DNA from: the human T2T-CHM13v2.0 reference genome, Homo sapiens
Assembly: GCF_009914755.1 (NCBI RefSeq)
Contig: NC_060929.1
Direction: 5' to 3' (one strand)
Length of the DNA stretch: 64,000 bases
Of this stretch, positions 28,411 to 64,000 are shown piece by piece. Position 1 is the stretch's first letter. The number at the start of each line of letters is the position of its first letter. Made by a program: the position numbers and the translations under genes. The notes under the pieces were generated by a model. The model made no database searches, had not been told where the DNA came from, and saw nothing but the letters and a program-made list of their open reading frames with translations.

Positions 28411-29080
28411 TGGCTGGGTGCAGTGGCTCACACCTGTAATCCCAGTACTTTGGGAGGCCAAGGCGGGCAGATCACGAGGTCAGGAGTTCGAGACCAGCCT
28501 GGCCAACAGGGTGAAACCCTGTCACTACTAAAAATACAAAAATTAGCCAGGCGTGGTGGCATGCGCCTGTAATCCCAGCTACTTGGTAGGCCAAGACAGA
28601 AGAATCACTTGAACCCAAGAGACAAAGGTTGCAGTGGACAGAGGTTACAGTGACCCAAGATCGCACCACTGCAATCCCGCCTGGGCGACAGAGCAAGACT
28701 CTGTCTCAAAAAAAAAAAAAAATTAACGTTCTAAAATGTATTATGGTGATGGATACACAACTCTAAATACACTAAAAGTCACTGCATTGTTACCTTTTAC
28801 TTTGTTTTTTTAAAGACAGGGTTTCATTCTGTCACCCAGGCTAGAGTGCAGTGGCTTGATCATAGCTCACTGCAACCTTGAACTGCTGGGCTGAAATGAT
28901 CTGCCCACCTCAGCCTCCTGAGTAGCTGAGACTATAAGCAGGCACCAGCACACTCGGCTTTTTATTTTTATTTTTTTAGCAATGGGATCTCACTACGTTG
29001 TCCAGGCTAGTCTCAAATTCCTGGCTTTAAGCAATCCTCCTGCCTTGGTCTCCTCCAAAGTGCTAGGATTACAGGCATGT
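28411..29080. mobile_element. Inverted Alu pair (+ 28411-28722, - 28797-29080)
   Basis: Alu consensus in both orientations about 75 bp apart. Confidence 0.88.
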
Positions 29081-29235
29081 AATCCTGGATTGTACTGTTT
29101 AAATAAGTGAATTGTCAATTAAATCTCAATAAAGCTGTTACCAAAAAAACTAAGCCAAAAACTCCCCTTAAGCATTTCAAATGACTAAAGAAAGCCCTCA
29201 GCTTTCTGATTTTTTTAATTAGCAAAAGAGTAAGG

Positions 29236-30550
<1,315 letters not shown>

Positions 30551-31302
30551 ACAAAACCAGTAAAGTAACTAAATAATGATTGGATTTGGGTGCCATCCAC
30601 ATGTGTAAGTTACTGGTAGTAATCAAGTTATGATTACGTTTTAAAAGTTCCCTTTTAAGCAATTTGTAACACAGAATGTATTTTTTCACAGAAGTAACAG
30701 CCAGGGCCCTCAGGGCCTCTATTCTCATGGTCTTCACTCAAAACCAGGGATCTTATCTGCCACTCCCTGGGAACTTGGACATCAGCATCCTTAAACCCAC
30801 AACCTTTTGATGAGAACCAAATCCAACTCGGAAATTCAATCCACAAGTAACTTTTCATCATCCTTATGGGGATTCCAATCCTCAGCCTTCCTCCCTTTTT
30901 CCCACCAGTCTCCTCCGTTCTTTCCCTCATCCCCACCCAGCACAATAAGTTACTGTGCACATACCATGTGCAAAGCACTGTTCTGAGTACTAAGTACTGT
31001 GGGAGCTCATTTCAACCTTCGCAACAACCTTCTGAACTAAGTGCTATTATTATCAATCCCAATTCAAAGATGGGCAAACAACGCCAGAGTACACTACCTT
31101 CAACTACACCCTTACTAGTTTCCTAAACACATCCATTGTTTCCCACTGCATTCAACTAGCAAAACTCCAGCCCCGGATCAATCCAACTGTCACTTTTTCC
31201 ATATCTGTACCTGTGTTTCTGAACTGCTGATGTAAAAAAATATTGAAATCTCAGTATATAAATGTACTGTCTCCAACTTAAACTAAACCTTTAATGATAC
31301 TG

Positions 31303-31796
<494 letters not shown>

Positions 31797-33833
31797 TTTC
31801 CCTACTCAGAGCTCTTACCACTCTCCATATCAGATATTTCAAAACCCCATTCTCCCCAAACCTCTAAAGCTCAGCTCATTTTCAGCAGATTACTTCACAA
31901 AAACAAACCAACTCAATAAACTCAATTTCATACATACCCACTCTTTTGTCTCGTTACAGTGCAGTCTGCCTAAAGCTAATCCTACCCATTCTCTCCTACT
32001 TCCCTTTGTTCACAACTCCTGCCCTCCTAAAATACCTTAAATCTCTAACATGTATACTAGCACCTGCCTATTGGCCTTCAAATATTCTCACAGTTACCAT
32101 CATACAAGAGACAGACCCGGACCAACCCTGCCCTATCTCCTTTCCATTCACAGCAGACTCGAAGGTATCATCAGCAAGTCCATCTCCACTACTCCTCACT
32201 CTTCCTCCTGCTGGCTCCACAATCCCCCTCTTCTGGCAGCTCCTGCTCGGGCTCTTTGTCAGGTTACTCTTCTGCTGCCTATTCCTCCAACGGAGTGCTC
32301 TTGGCCACTTACACAGACTTCTCAGGTACTCTCACTTATTTTCAAAAAAAATTCAAATAGAAATACATGACAGAAAATTAAAAGTCTCTACTTTCTCTTC
32401 CGCTTCCATCCCTCACACATTCCCTCTTCAAGATACTCTCCATTAACATTTGGAATGTATCCTTCCAAATCCTTTTTTAAAGTGCACACAGTCATACTCT
32501 GCCATACACTGAGTATCTATGCTGTTAAAACTGTGTTAAGCATTCAGTGTACATTCTTTCTAATTCTTAGGAAACCTTGTAAAGTAGGTGCTATTCTTCC
32601 AATTTCACAAGATAATGGAACTGAGGCTCAGAGGACCTGCCACGCACTGAGTGGCAAAGCAGGGAATGAAATTGGTCTGCCTGGCTCCAAAGCCCTGGCT
32701 CCTTTTCTGTCTTGCCTTCCAAGACCTGTTTATTTAATGCATGATCTAGGTGTGCTTCCTTTCAGCCCCCTGAAACAGAAGAGGGTACAGGTTGAGTATC
32801 CCTGTACTTGGGACCCGAAGTGTTTCAGATTCTGGATTTGGAATATTTGCAAATACATAATGAGATACCTTAGGGATGGGACCTAAGTCTAAATACAAAA
32901 TTCATTTGTGTTTCACATATACCTTATACACATAGCCAAATGTAATTTTACACAATATTTTAAATAGTTCTGAGCATGAAACAAAGTGTGCCAGGTATGG
33001 AATCTTCCACTTGTGATATCACGTCAGCACTGAAAAGGTTTCAAATTTTGGAACCATTTCAAATTTCAGATTTTCAGACTGGGGTGCTTGACTGGTATCA
33101 CTTTTTTCTTTCCACACCTGCCACTGATCACTTCACAGCAGAGAGCACAAAACAAAGTGTGAGCAGACACTCCCTCTCAAGCAAATGAATTTTTAAGGGT
33201 TTTTCACTAGTGGTTTTTTAAAGTATATTTAACAGCATCTTGTTAGTAAGACCTAAATATAAGCTACAGTCTTTATTCTTCTGTAAGAAACACGAAGGTT
33301 TTAATACAAGAGAATAACATTTCAGTTTGCAAAGCCATTTATAAATTATCATCTAGGTTCTACAATTACCTAGTAAAATATCATCACCTTTTTACATTTG
33401 AAAAATCTGAGGTTTAGAGAAAGTAAGAAATATGACTACATTCACACTCTAGAGCAGTGATACCTCGAGCCCCAGAGCTGTGACTCTAGATACAGCACTT
33501 TTACTACTGCATCATACTGTGGGTAAGTATTTTAAGTTGAGGACATTTTGACAAGTCCTATGTAAGTTTTATATCAAGTCACTATAACATTTATTAGATA
33601 CTGGCCTCTGCATTATTTTCTAAAAGCAGAAAATCATTCCCACTTGGGAGGCTGAGGCATAATGCTGCATAAAGCAAAAACTGTAATTATTTAAATTCTC
33701 AAAATAGACTGAGGTGGGAGGATCACTTGAGCCCAGGAGTTCAAGGCTGCAGTAAGCTATGATTATACAACTGCACTCTAGCCTGGGTGACAGAATGAGA
33801 CTCTGGGGAAAAAAAAATTATTGGAAGTAATAA

Positions 33834-34061
<228 letters not shown>

Positions 34062-34396
34062 TGATAAAGATGACTAATATACAAAGGCATAGAATGAAAA
34101 GGAAGAAATAATAATTACAATTTCAATGTGATTATCATAATACTGATATAAATAAAATGGTGTCCCCTCACTCATTCTAAAGACAAACACTTGTGCAATA
34201 CTAGGCATTGTGCTAGATGCTAGAGATACAATGGTAGGCAAAAAGGATGTGAGAGCAACTAAGAAGTTAGATTAAGGTGAAGAGTCTCACTAGGCAGTAA
34301 GAAATAACTAAGAATTGGCTGCTAGGTAGAAAAAGGCAGAGCCTTACATATAAGGATCCACTAACACAAACATGAAGACCTAAAAAAGTAATCATG

Positions 34397-36742
<2,346 letters not shown>

Positions 36743-37005
36743 CTAAAATTCAAAATATTTATTCTAATTCTTTCAACTACTCAAGGGCAAGGCTAGGTGT
36801 CAAGAACACAGCAGTCTTGCAGGTCCTGATCCAAAGCATCCTCCCTATGTACATCCTTACTGCACCTAACACATACTCCCATAAAAGTTAGTAACTCAGA
36901 AGAGGCAGGCAGGATAAAGTTAATAATTCACTTTATTGAAATCATTCGCAAATCTGTCTTCTATGCAGACTGAATGCTCCTTAAAAGCAAAAAATTTTTC
37001 TTTGT

Positions 37006-42900
<5,895 letters not shown>

Positions 42901-44793
42901 GGCAACACACTATGGGGAAACCCTAAAGTAATACAAAATAAAGCGAAGACCTGGGGAGGAGTTAATAAACATCCACAGCAGTACAATCAGAACCATCATA
43001 TGGAATGACTACTTTTCCATTATACATGAAAACACTGAAGCTCAGAAGGCTTCAATTATATGTAAAAGCCAAAGAATACACTTTGGACAGGACTATAGAG
43101 CCTCTCTCTGCTTCTGCTGTTCCATAGGCATACTCCAAATTATACTTGGCCACTGAAAATAATTAAATCTAACCTTAAAAGACTAAGATTTGCCACCAAT
43201 GAAGACATTCAAACATATATGACACCAGTTATTTGTGGTAATTCTCAATAAAGCATCCTGAAAATATTCTATGGAAAGCATCTATAGAATAAACACACAC
43301 AGGGAAAGGAAAATACCTGGCACTTTTGCTGTCCCTCCCCCTCAAAGACTGGGTCAATTAAAGAAATACTGCTAATTACTTGGCAGTTGAATTTAGGTGT
43401 AAACTATCTGCCATCCTTACTGTGGTCTTTAAAGAGTTACTTAAATACTTATGCACTGATTCTCTGCCCAAGTGAGCATGAAAATCTTCTGAGGGGACTA
43501 GCCATCCCTGTTTTATAAAAGCAAAAAACAAATATCATTGGTTAAAAAAAAAAAATCTGAAATGTGTAAAGAAAAAAAAAAAAATCAATCACAATGACTT
43601 TAGACTCACTCCTAACAGGTAATCTGAAGCCAGACCATCTGCTTATTCAAAAACTGAACCTTCTGTTCAGCAAAAAAGAGAGGGAGACTTGACTCAGAAT
43701 ATGTCAAAGTAATTTTTTAAATATTATAGATTATAAACATGTTAAAAATAAATTGGTAAGACAATAAGAACAAAGGACAATCTCACACGATATGGATGAA
43801 TCTCACATTGAACAAAAAGCAGACACAAAGTACAAAAAACTAGGCAAAATTAATCTATGCTGAATTCTAATATTAAGCCAGTGGTTACCCCTGAGGAATG
43901 GGTAGTGACTGGAAAGATACTCAAGTGGAGGGCTAGGGCTTCTGTTTCTTGCTCTAGGTACTGGTTTAACAAGTATATTCACATAAGGTTATTAGCTCAC
44001 ATATATAAAATATTTCCAACATTAATGATTTGCTTAAATGTAAAGTTTAGCTTTTAAAGTTCTTAGGAGAATCCAGACATTAAAAAGATAAATGCTGAAG
44101 TAAAAATCAGTTAAAGCAATGAGTTAGCATAAACGCCTGGGCTCAGGGTAAGACAGCAATTCCTGCCTCCTAAAAAGAGTACTATAGGTTAAAAACATGG
44201 TGGCGAGCCTCCCAAGGGAAAAACATACCAACAGATAAGTTGACAGGGCTGGTTATTAGAGTGTAAAGACATGATGAGTTGGCTTGATGGCATGCACCTT
44301 GTATTCCCAGCTACTCAGGGCGGATCACTTGAGCCCAGGAGTTTGAGTGCAGCCTGGGCAACATCTTGAGACCTCCATCTCTTAAAAAAAAAAATTTTAA
44401 AGATGTGATGAAAGGAAAAAATATATAGGCTAATCCCTAAAACCAAAACCTAAAGCAATACAAAATCCCAGTAGTCTCAACCCCACCCCTCAACTCTCTG
44501 GACTTGCCTAAAAAAAAAGAGAAAAAATTTCCCCATGTGGTTGCTGAAATCAGGAAGAAATGCTCACAATAAGCTAGCAAGCATCTGGACCTTAGCCATG
44601 ACTAGCAAAGTATAATGAGTGACTCTTGATGCAAAATAAACAGAACACATGGTTTCAATTACCCGCCAAATAACTTTAAATTGTTTAAATTATGTGAGTA
44701 TGGTTAAACTTCAACAAATTATTTAGATTATCTTCTTAAGACCCAATCACCGAAAAACAGCATGTTAATATGCTTCACCTTAAACATTTAGAG

Positions 44794-45009
44794 CAAGGGT
44801 GTCCAACCTTTTGGCTTCCCTGGGCCACACTGGAAGAACTGTCTTGGGCCATATATAAAATACACTAACACTAGCAATAGCTGATGAGCTTTAAAAAAAA
44901 AAAATTGCAAAAAAAATTTCATAATGTTTTAAGAAAATTTACCAATTTATGTTGGGCCGCATTTAAAGCCATCCTGGGCCACATTTGGCCCGCGGGTTGG
45001 AAAAGCTTG
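44794..45009 (+). mobile_element. MER30 (hAT MITE)
   Basis: CAAGGGTGTCCAACCTTTTGGCTTCCC...GGGTTGGAAAAGCTTG with 8-bp TSD ATTTAGAG (44786-44793, 45010-45017). Confidence 0.9.
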
Positions 45010-45276
45010 ATTTAGAGTAACATGTACTTGAAAAAACAAATAGGTATTTCCTCACTATAATTTCTCAGTGTGACTCAGAACACCAAAAGCTTATTTTTTA
45101 GTTTTTTTTTTTTCAGGTTTTTGTTTTCCACCGAGTTTTATCCACACGGAAAACTCTCAAAAACTATAAACCAAAATGTTCACTCAGGAATATGTTTTAA
45201 TTTTGCTTTTCTTTTTTTTTGTATTTTCTAAAATGTCTATAATAATGTTATTTTTGTCCAAAAAGAAAAATGTTTA

Positions 45277-46573
<1,297 letters not shown>

Positions 46574-47416
46574 TCAACTTTTCTGTGTGTGAAAATTTTG
46601 GACACTGAAGTGAAAATAAACGCTTTCAAAGTCAGAATACAAAGAATTATCTATTGCAACTTCAACCCACCTGAAGCTTTGAGGCCTCTGATCAACTCAC
46701 AAACCTACATTTCAAGCACTCGATGAAAAAGCCCTTTCTTAAGACGGCAAGACTTTGAGATTCATCAACTGATAAAATATAAAAGCGATACTAAAAATAA
46801 TCTCTCACCTAATGTAAGTTCACCTAGAAAGTCATTTACCAGGAGGTTTCATGAGAAACTTAACTTTACTCAGTAAAAGAGCTTTTCCCTCTATTACCAC
46901 TTCGCCTACGTTTTTCGTAATTCCCAACAGTAAGCTTTAACTGAAGAAGAAGAAAAAAAAAACATCCCCAGCAAGCAGATCCGGGCACCCCTCCCAGGTC
47001 CTAAAGCCTGCAAAAACCCAAAGAGTTCGTGGCGCTGGTGGCTCCAGCTGTTAGTTTCCCGGGCAGTCTCCGGGTTGGATTTGCACCCTGGGGTCTACAC
47101 GGGTTAAAAACGCGGAAAAAAGGCGACGAAGAAATACAAACTGCCAGGGTGTCGAAATGAAAGGAGCGACTGTGAAAGGGGTAAGGAAAAATCCAAGCCA
47201 TCTCTACGGGGAGGATCCAGAAAGCACCAGCCGCGCCAGGGGGTCAACCAACTCCGACACCGCTCGGCGTCAGCTGGGCGCCACCAGGCGCGGACTTCGG
47301 AGCGAGGGCAGGTGCGCGGGCCGGAAGCCTCGGGCGCTCACCTGGCACCTACCTGGAGCTCACCTGGCGCCCGGGCCCCGCGCCGCCGCCCCCCGCCCAG
47401 CCCGCCGCGCCCGCAC

Positions 47417-47641
47417 CTCGCGGTCCTTGAGGCCCAGCAGGAGCACTTCCTCCATCAGGGTCAGCCGCGTTTCCTTGGAGTCGCCCTTGTCGTCGTCGTC
47501 CTGCTCGTCGCGGCGGCTCTGCGCGTCGTCCTCGCTGCTGCCGGCGCCGCCGCCCGCCGCCCGCTCCTTGTCGGCGGCGTTGCGGGAGGCCTCGGTGCGC
47601 CGCTGCACCAGGCCGGAGCTGCGCTGGGTCAGCGAGGTCAT
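47417..47641 (-). CDS. GOLPH3: GOLPH3 coding exon 1 (225 nt coding), Golgi phosphoprotein 3
   Basis: ATG at 47641 (GCCATGA); MTSLTQRSSGLVQRRTEASRNAADKERAAGGGAGSSEDDAQSRRDEQDDDDKGDSKETRLTLMEEVLLLGLKDRE; donor GTGCGG from 47416; joins exon 2 in frame. Confidence 0.97.
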
Positions 47642-47737
47642 GGCTCCCGCCGAGGCGCCGAGCCGGGCCGAGAGGGTCGCAGGACCGACCGGGTCGCCCT
47701 CCTCCTCCCCGCGCGGCCTCCGATCCGGGTTTCCGTG

Positions 47738-47791
47738 TTAAATCCGGACGCCGGGGCGACGTCCGTCGGCAGCAGGGCCGGGGGCAGTCAT
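47738..47791 (-). other. Upstream ORF in GOLPH3 5' UTR (MTAPGPAADGRRPGVRI*)
   Basis: ATG at 47791-47789 in weak context, TAA at 47740-47738; lies between the likely TSS and the main ATG. Translation not demonstrated. Confidence 0.55.
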
Positions 47792-49098
47792 GAGGAAACA
47801 GGTCAGGGCGAAGCGGGCTGGCCGGGCGTCGGCGGGGCAGGAGAGGAGCGCCTTCCTGCCTGTGGCCGCAGTCCCCGAAACACCCCGAGCTCCAAGGCGG
47901 AGGCGGCGGCGGCGCCTTTCCAATATGGCGGCCCCGGCTGACGTCACCGGAGGATGTGGCAGAGTCGGCGCGGGAGAGCTGGGCCGGGAGGCGCCGGAAG
48001 CGGCGGCCGGGGATCCGCTGCCACTGCAGCCTACACCCTTCCCGGCCCTCGGTGCTTGTCTTTTCTTTGGCGTTCCTGCGCCCCCTGACCCGCGGTCCTG
48101 CAGTCCTGCTCCCGTGACGTGCCCTCCCTCCTTCCGTTCCCCGTTTCCCCTTCACTACCCAGGGCTGGAGCCTGAACCTGGCGGGGCCCCCCGTGAATGG
48201 AAGAGCCTGGGCCACGCGAAGGTGGACCCCACTCAGCCTCCAGCCGTGCCCTCCACGCCCCAGACACCGCCGTCTTCGGAGGCGACTCCGCGGTCGTGTG
48301 GACGGGGTCCCATTTGGACTCCGGGGTCTGCAGGATCGGCAGGAAGGACTTTGCTCTCTGCTGCTGGGCGGGGAGGGGTACGCTATCTGCCGGGACTCCC
48401 TAACCCTTTAGAAGGAGCAAGTGCGTCCAAATGGTTTGAAAGTGGACCTTTATTGTTTTCCAGGAGTAAGAAGATAGAACAGTTGACCAGTTTTGTTTGT
48501 AAAACTTCTTTCCTTGCCTCGGACTTGTGCTATAAAGTGACCAGGGCGTAGTGAGTACAGTTAGTACCGCACACGTTAGCACGCTCGACCTTAACGATCT
48601 TTTTATAGAGACAATAAACCTGCAGCGTTTCATGCCACGTCTTTGTACGCATCGGATGTCTCTCCGTGTAGTTACTAGGTGAAATCCTCTTGGCGTGCGC
48701 AAATTAGGTTAAAAAAATAGCTGTCAAACCTGAGACAGGAGTTGGAGGAGTAGAGGGTGGCGCTTGTTAAGTGAAACATTTAACCAGGAATGGTATTGTG
48801 TGCCATCCTGTATTAAACAATGTATGGACAGAGTGGAACAACAGCAAAGCAAAAAATAAAAATTTTTTAAAAAAAGTGATCATGGGCTGTGGCTAAAGAG
48901 TGCTTTAGATGGATTCTTCTCTTCCACAAATCCATTATCCAGAACTGCTGCTGCCTACCATCCCATGCCCTGGAAAGTGACAGTGCTAAATGAAGGGAAG
49001 AGAGGGTCCAGGGGGCACACCAAGTAGACCTTCCCTTTTTCCCACCTGTCTTGGTGAAGGTCGATTTCACCTCAACCAATTTCTCCCATTCACACCCT

Positions 49099-51080
<1,982 letters not shown>

Positions 51081-52905
51081 TTGATTGTTTGTTTATTGCC
51101 TGCTGAGATGTGCCAGGCGCGGTCTCCAGCAACCCCCACCAGGACCCTGCAGGTTAGGTGCTGCTGCTGTGCTGACCAGCTGCACATGGACTGCAACCAT
51201 CTCATGCAGTGCGGTCTGGCAGCACCTCCATGCCTACCTACAAGTGTGGGAGAGTAAGCACTTCAAGCAGGTGGATAACAGGACCCCTTTCTTTCCTCAC
51301 ATGAACTGTCCTGAGATCGTTTATACAACTTCTCAGTAGCATTTAGCTCCAGCAAGCTCAACGACCCCTTCACTCCTCGCTTCCCTCCACTAGCTTCTGC
51401 TCCCAGCTGTTGCACTCCCTAATAAAGCACAAAAGACTTTGTCTTAGGCCCTGCTTCCTAGGGAACACAGATTAAGATGCCCATTTTACCTATGAAGAAA
51501 CAGTTCAGAGAAGTTAAGTAATCTGCCCAACTTAACACTTCTGGAAAATCACAGACCTGGATTAGAACCCTGGTCCTTAATTCAGTATCAAACAAGTATA
51601 TTTCTACATGTTTGCTGCATGCCAGGCATTGTCATAAGCAATAAAGATACAATACTAAGCCAAAAGAGACATAGCCATACTTTTCATGAAACTGACAGTT
51701 TAATGAAGGGCACAGATATTAAGCAAATCCTGATGCTAATTAATGTAGAAATGTAGAAATGCTTTGAAAGAAGGAATACAGTCCTATGAGATCATGTACT
51801 GTCATATATGTGAGAAACCTAAGTTTTTATCTGGGACTCAAAGCTGCTCTGAAGAAGTCATAAGCCAAAGAATGAACTGAAGTTAACCAAGTTGGAGGTA
51901 GAGGACATTCCTGAGAGGAAATATGCAAAGGCCCTGTAGCAAAAGACAGATCATGGGATGGAGGAGAACCAAGTAGAAGAGTTTTTACCTGGGCTGAGGG
52001 AGGGAGTGATGGCAAAAGCAATAGTTACAGACAAGGTCCAAATCATACAGTGCTGTCCATTTTAAGGCCATTTTAAGATTTGGGTCTTTTTTTTTTAGAC
52101 AGGGTCTCGCTCTGTTGCCCAGGCTGGAGTGCAGTGGCGCAATTTTGGCTCTGCCTCCTGGGTTCAAGCGATCCTCCCACCTCAGCCTCCCAAGTAGCTG
52201 AGACTACAGGTGCATGCCACCACACTCTGCTGATTTTTGTTTTTTTGTGTGTTGTTTTTTTCTGTAGAGACAGGGTTTCACCATGTTGCCCAGGTCTTGA
52301 ACTCTTGGGCTCAAGCGATCCGCCCGCCCTGACCTCCCGAAGTGCAGGGATTACAGGTGTGAGCCATCGTGCCTGGCCAAAATCTGGTCTTTATCCAACC
52401 AAACTCAATGGGAAGCTATCAAGGGTACTTTTAAATGCCCTCCGTGGGGGAAGAGGAGATGGGTGGGTGAGAGATGTTACCAGATTTGCATTTTGAAAAG
52501 CTTGCAGGATATACCCAAGGCATGGATATAGGATACAGAAGCAGCTCATTTTTGCAGTAGTCCTACAGAACCTGATGGTAAGTTCGACCACAATAGTGGA
52601 AGAAGAAAGGGTGGTAAGTGAATGTATTCAAGAGATAGTTAGTAAGTTAAACTGACACAACTCAATGAAAGACTGACTACGGAGTGTTGGGGCATAAAGG
52701 AGCGGAGATGTCGAGGATTACTCCCACTTCTGGCTTGTGTAGGAGAGGATGATATAGGGATCGCTGGGCAATGACCAGGTTTGCGTGAGTTTATTTCAGT
52801 TAAGCTTTTAAGAAGTATATAAAACTTCCAAGAGAATTTGTTGTGTAGGTAGTTCTATGTACAGAGTCTTTCTGGGTTTTTTTTATTGTTGTTTTTTGGT
52901 TTTGA

Positions 52906-53019
<114 letters not shown>

Positions 53020-53239
53020 TGAGTAGCTGGGACTACAGGCACGCGCCACCACGCCCAGCTAATTTTTGTATTTTTAGTAGAGGTGGGATTTCACCATGTT
53101 GGCCAGGATGGTCTCAATCTCTTGACCTCGTGATCCACCTGCCTCGGCCTCTCAAAGTGCTGGGATTACAAGTGTGAGCCATCACACCCGGCCCAGAGTC
53201 TTTCTGTTTTAACCCAATAAAAATTTCAAAATGCCTAGA

Positions 53240-54800
<1,561 letters not shown>

Positions 54801-54947
54801 CTAGCTTTATTCTGAAACACAGCAGCATTATTGAACTAACTAGCAAATCTTCCAGAGGCTTTCAACAATCTTCTTTTTAAAAAAATCTGCTGCAAATATT
54901 TATTAAGCATGTATATATTCCAGAGAAGGCTGTAAATGTTTTCAGGT

Positions 54948-61715
<6,768 letters not shown>

Positions 61716-62324
61716 AACTGAATTCTGTACTTTATAGGGGTTAATCACATGGTATGTAAATTACATTTTAATCTATTATTAACAATAATTATGCATCTTT
61801 GGATTAGGTTTGGTTAGGAGTATGTCCCAAGATAATATATTATTGAGAAAAAAAGATTTAGACTAAAAATATATTTTCTGTAATATGTGCTTTTCATTTT
61901 TAGGTTATAACGTTTTGAACAAGATTTGCTCGTAGGGAGGTGAAAGAAACAAACATACTTTCAGGATAATAAACTATACATTTTTAGCCAATAAGTTTGT
62001 ACAATGATTTAAAATTTGAGAGAAATACAGAACATGATGTTTTTATTTACCTTCATTGAGCATTATAGAGAGGAAACGAATATCAAAGGAATACACAGAC
62101 TAGATAAACTAAAAAAATTATTTTAGTTATTTGTTTACATAGCAGTCTGTCACACAAATTCCAGAATTATATAGTTTAAGGAACCCTCAAGAGATCAAAC
62201 AGTTCACAACTCTGAAACTTTTCTAACTGCCTATTCATTATTCCTAGAAATCTAGAGACAAGATTTCATGATTTTACTAGGTAAATTTTAAGTCTTTCTA
62301 CCATGATCATCAAGAAGTCTTCTA

Positions 62325-63710
<1,386 letters not shown>

Positions 63711-64000
63711 TCACAAAGCAAACATTTTTCTTCTACGAATAAAGGTTGCTTTCCTTTAAAAGGATTGAATGCTGAAGCATCCCGAGCAGCTACATTAGTT
63801 TCCTGTGTTATGTAACAAATAGCATATGTTTCTAATCTCGCCATGTCTGTGGGCCAGGAGTCCAGGCACAGCGTAGCTGGACCCTCAGCCGTGCAAGTCA
63901 GGAGCTGCATACCAGATGTCAGCTGAGTTGCATCTCATTTGAAGGCTCCACTGGGAGAGAGCTGGCTTCAGAGCTTGCTTTGGATTGGCAGAATTCATTT

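Larger units (their letters stand above)
47200..48400. promoter_or_regulatory. CpG island / GOLPH3 promoter
   Basis: Very GC- and CpG-rich stretch over exon 1. Contains Inr-like CCATATT on the minus strand (A at 47926) overlapping a YY1-type AATATGGCGGC (47922-47932), palindromic CRE TGACGTCA (47939-47946) and ETS/GABP-type CCGGAAG (47994-48000). Confidence 0.9.

Noticed and set aside
31946-32886. 166-aa and 143-aa ORFs
   Set aside because: No recognisable protein; they overlap pyrimidine-rich L2/MIR/Tigger-like remnants and lack exon structure.
47157-48551. Long ORFs of 194-288 aa on both strands
   Set aside because: Stop-poor CpG island sequence; only the 47641 frame matches GOLPH3 and splices in frame.

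Overview
Human genomic DNA (a human-specific AluYb8 and an SVA are present). It carries the 5' part of GOLPH3 on the minus strand: CpG-island promoter and exon 1 near 47.4-47.9 kb, exons 2 and 3, and exon 4 running off the left edge. About 16 kb of repeat-dense upstream sequence follows. Most of the window is Alu, old L1/L2/MIR, MaLR LTRs and hAT/Tigger MITEs, plus a full-length SVA with TSDs in intron 2 and a Y3 RNA pseudogene in intron 3. The most unusual element is a ~2 kb stretch in intron 1 (about 18200-20340, + strand) that I cannot assign to any repeat family. Its stop- and frameshift-riddled translation contains about ten collinear motifs resembling orthomyxovirus (influenza-like) polymerase subunit PB2, making it a candidate ancient endogenous orthomyxovirus-like element split by an AluJ. 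This call rests on manual translation and comparison with influenza A PB2 from memory, and it needs a profile search. Repeat coordinates are approximate unless TSDs are quoted.
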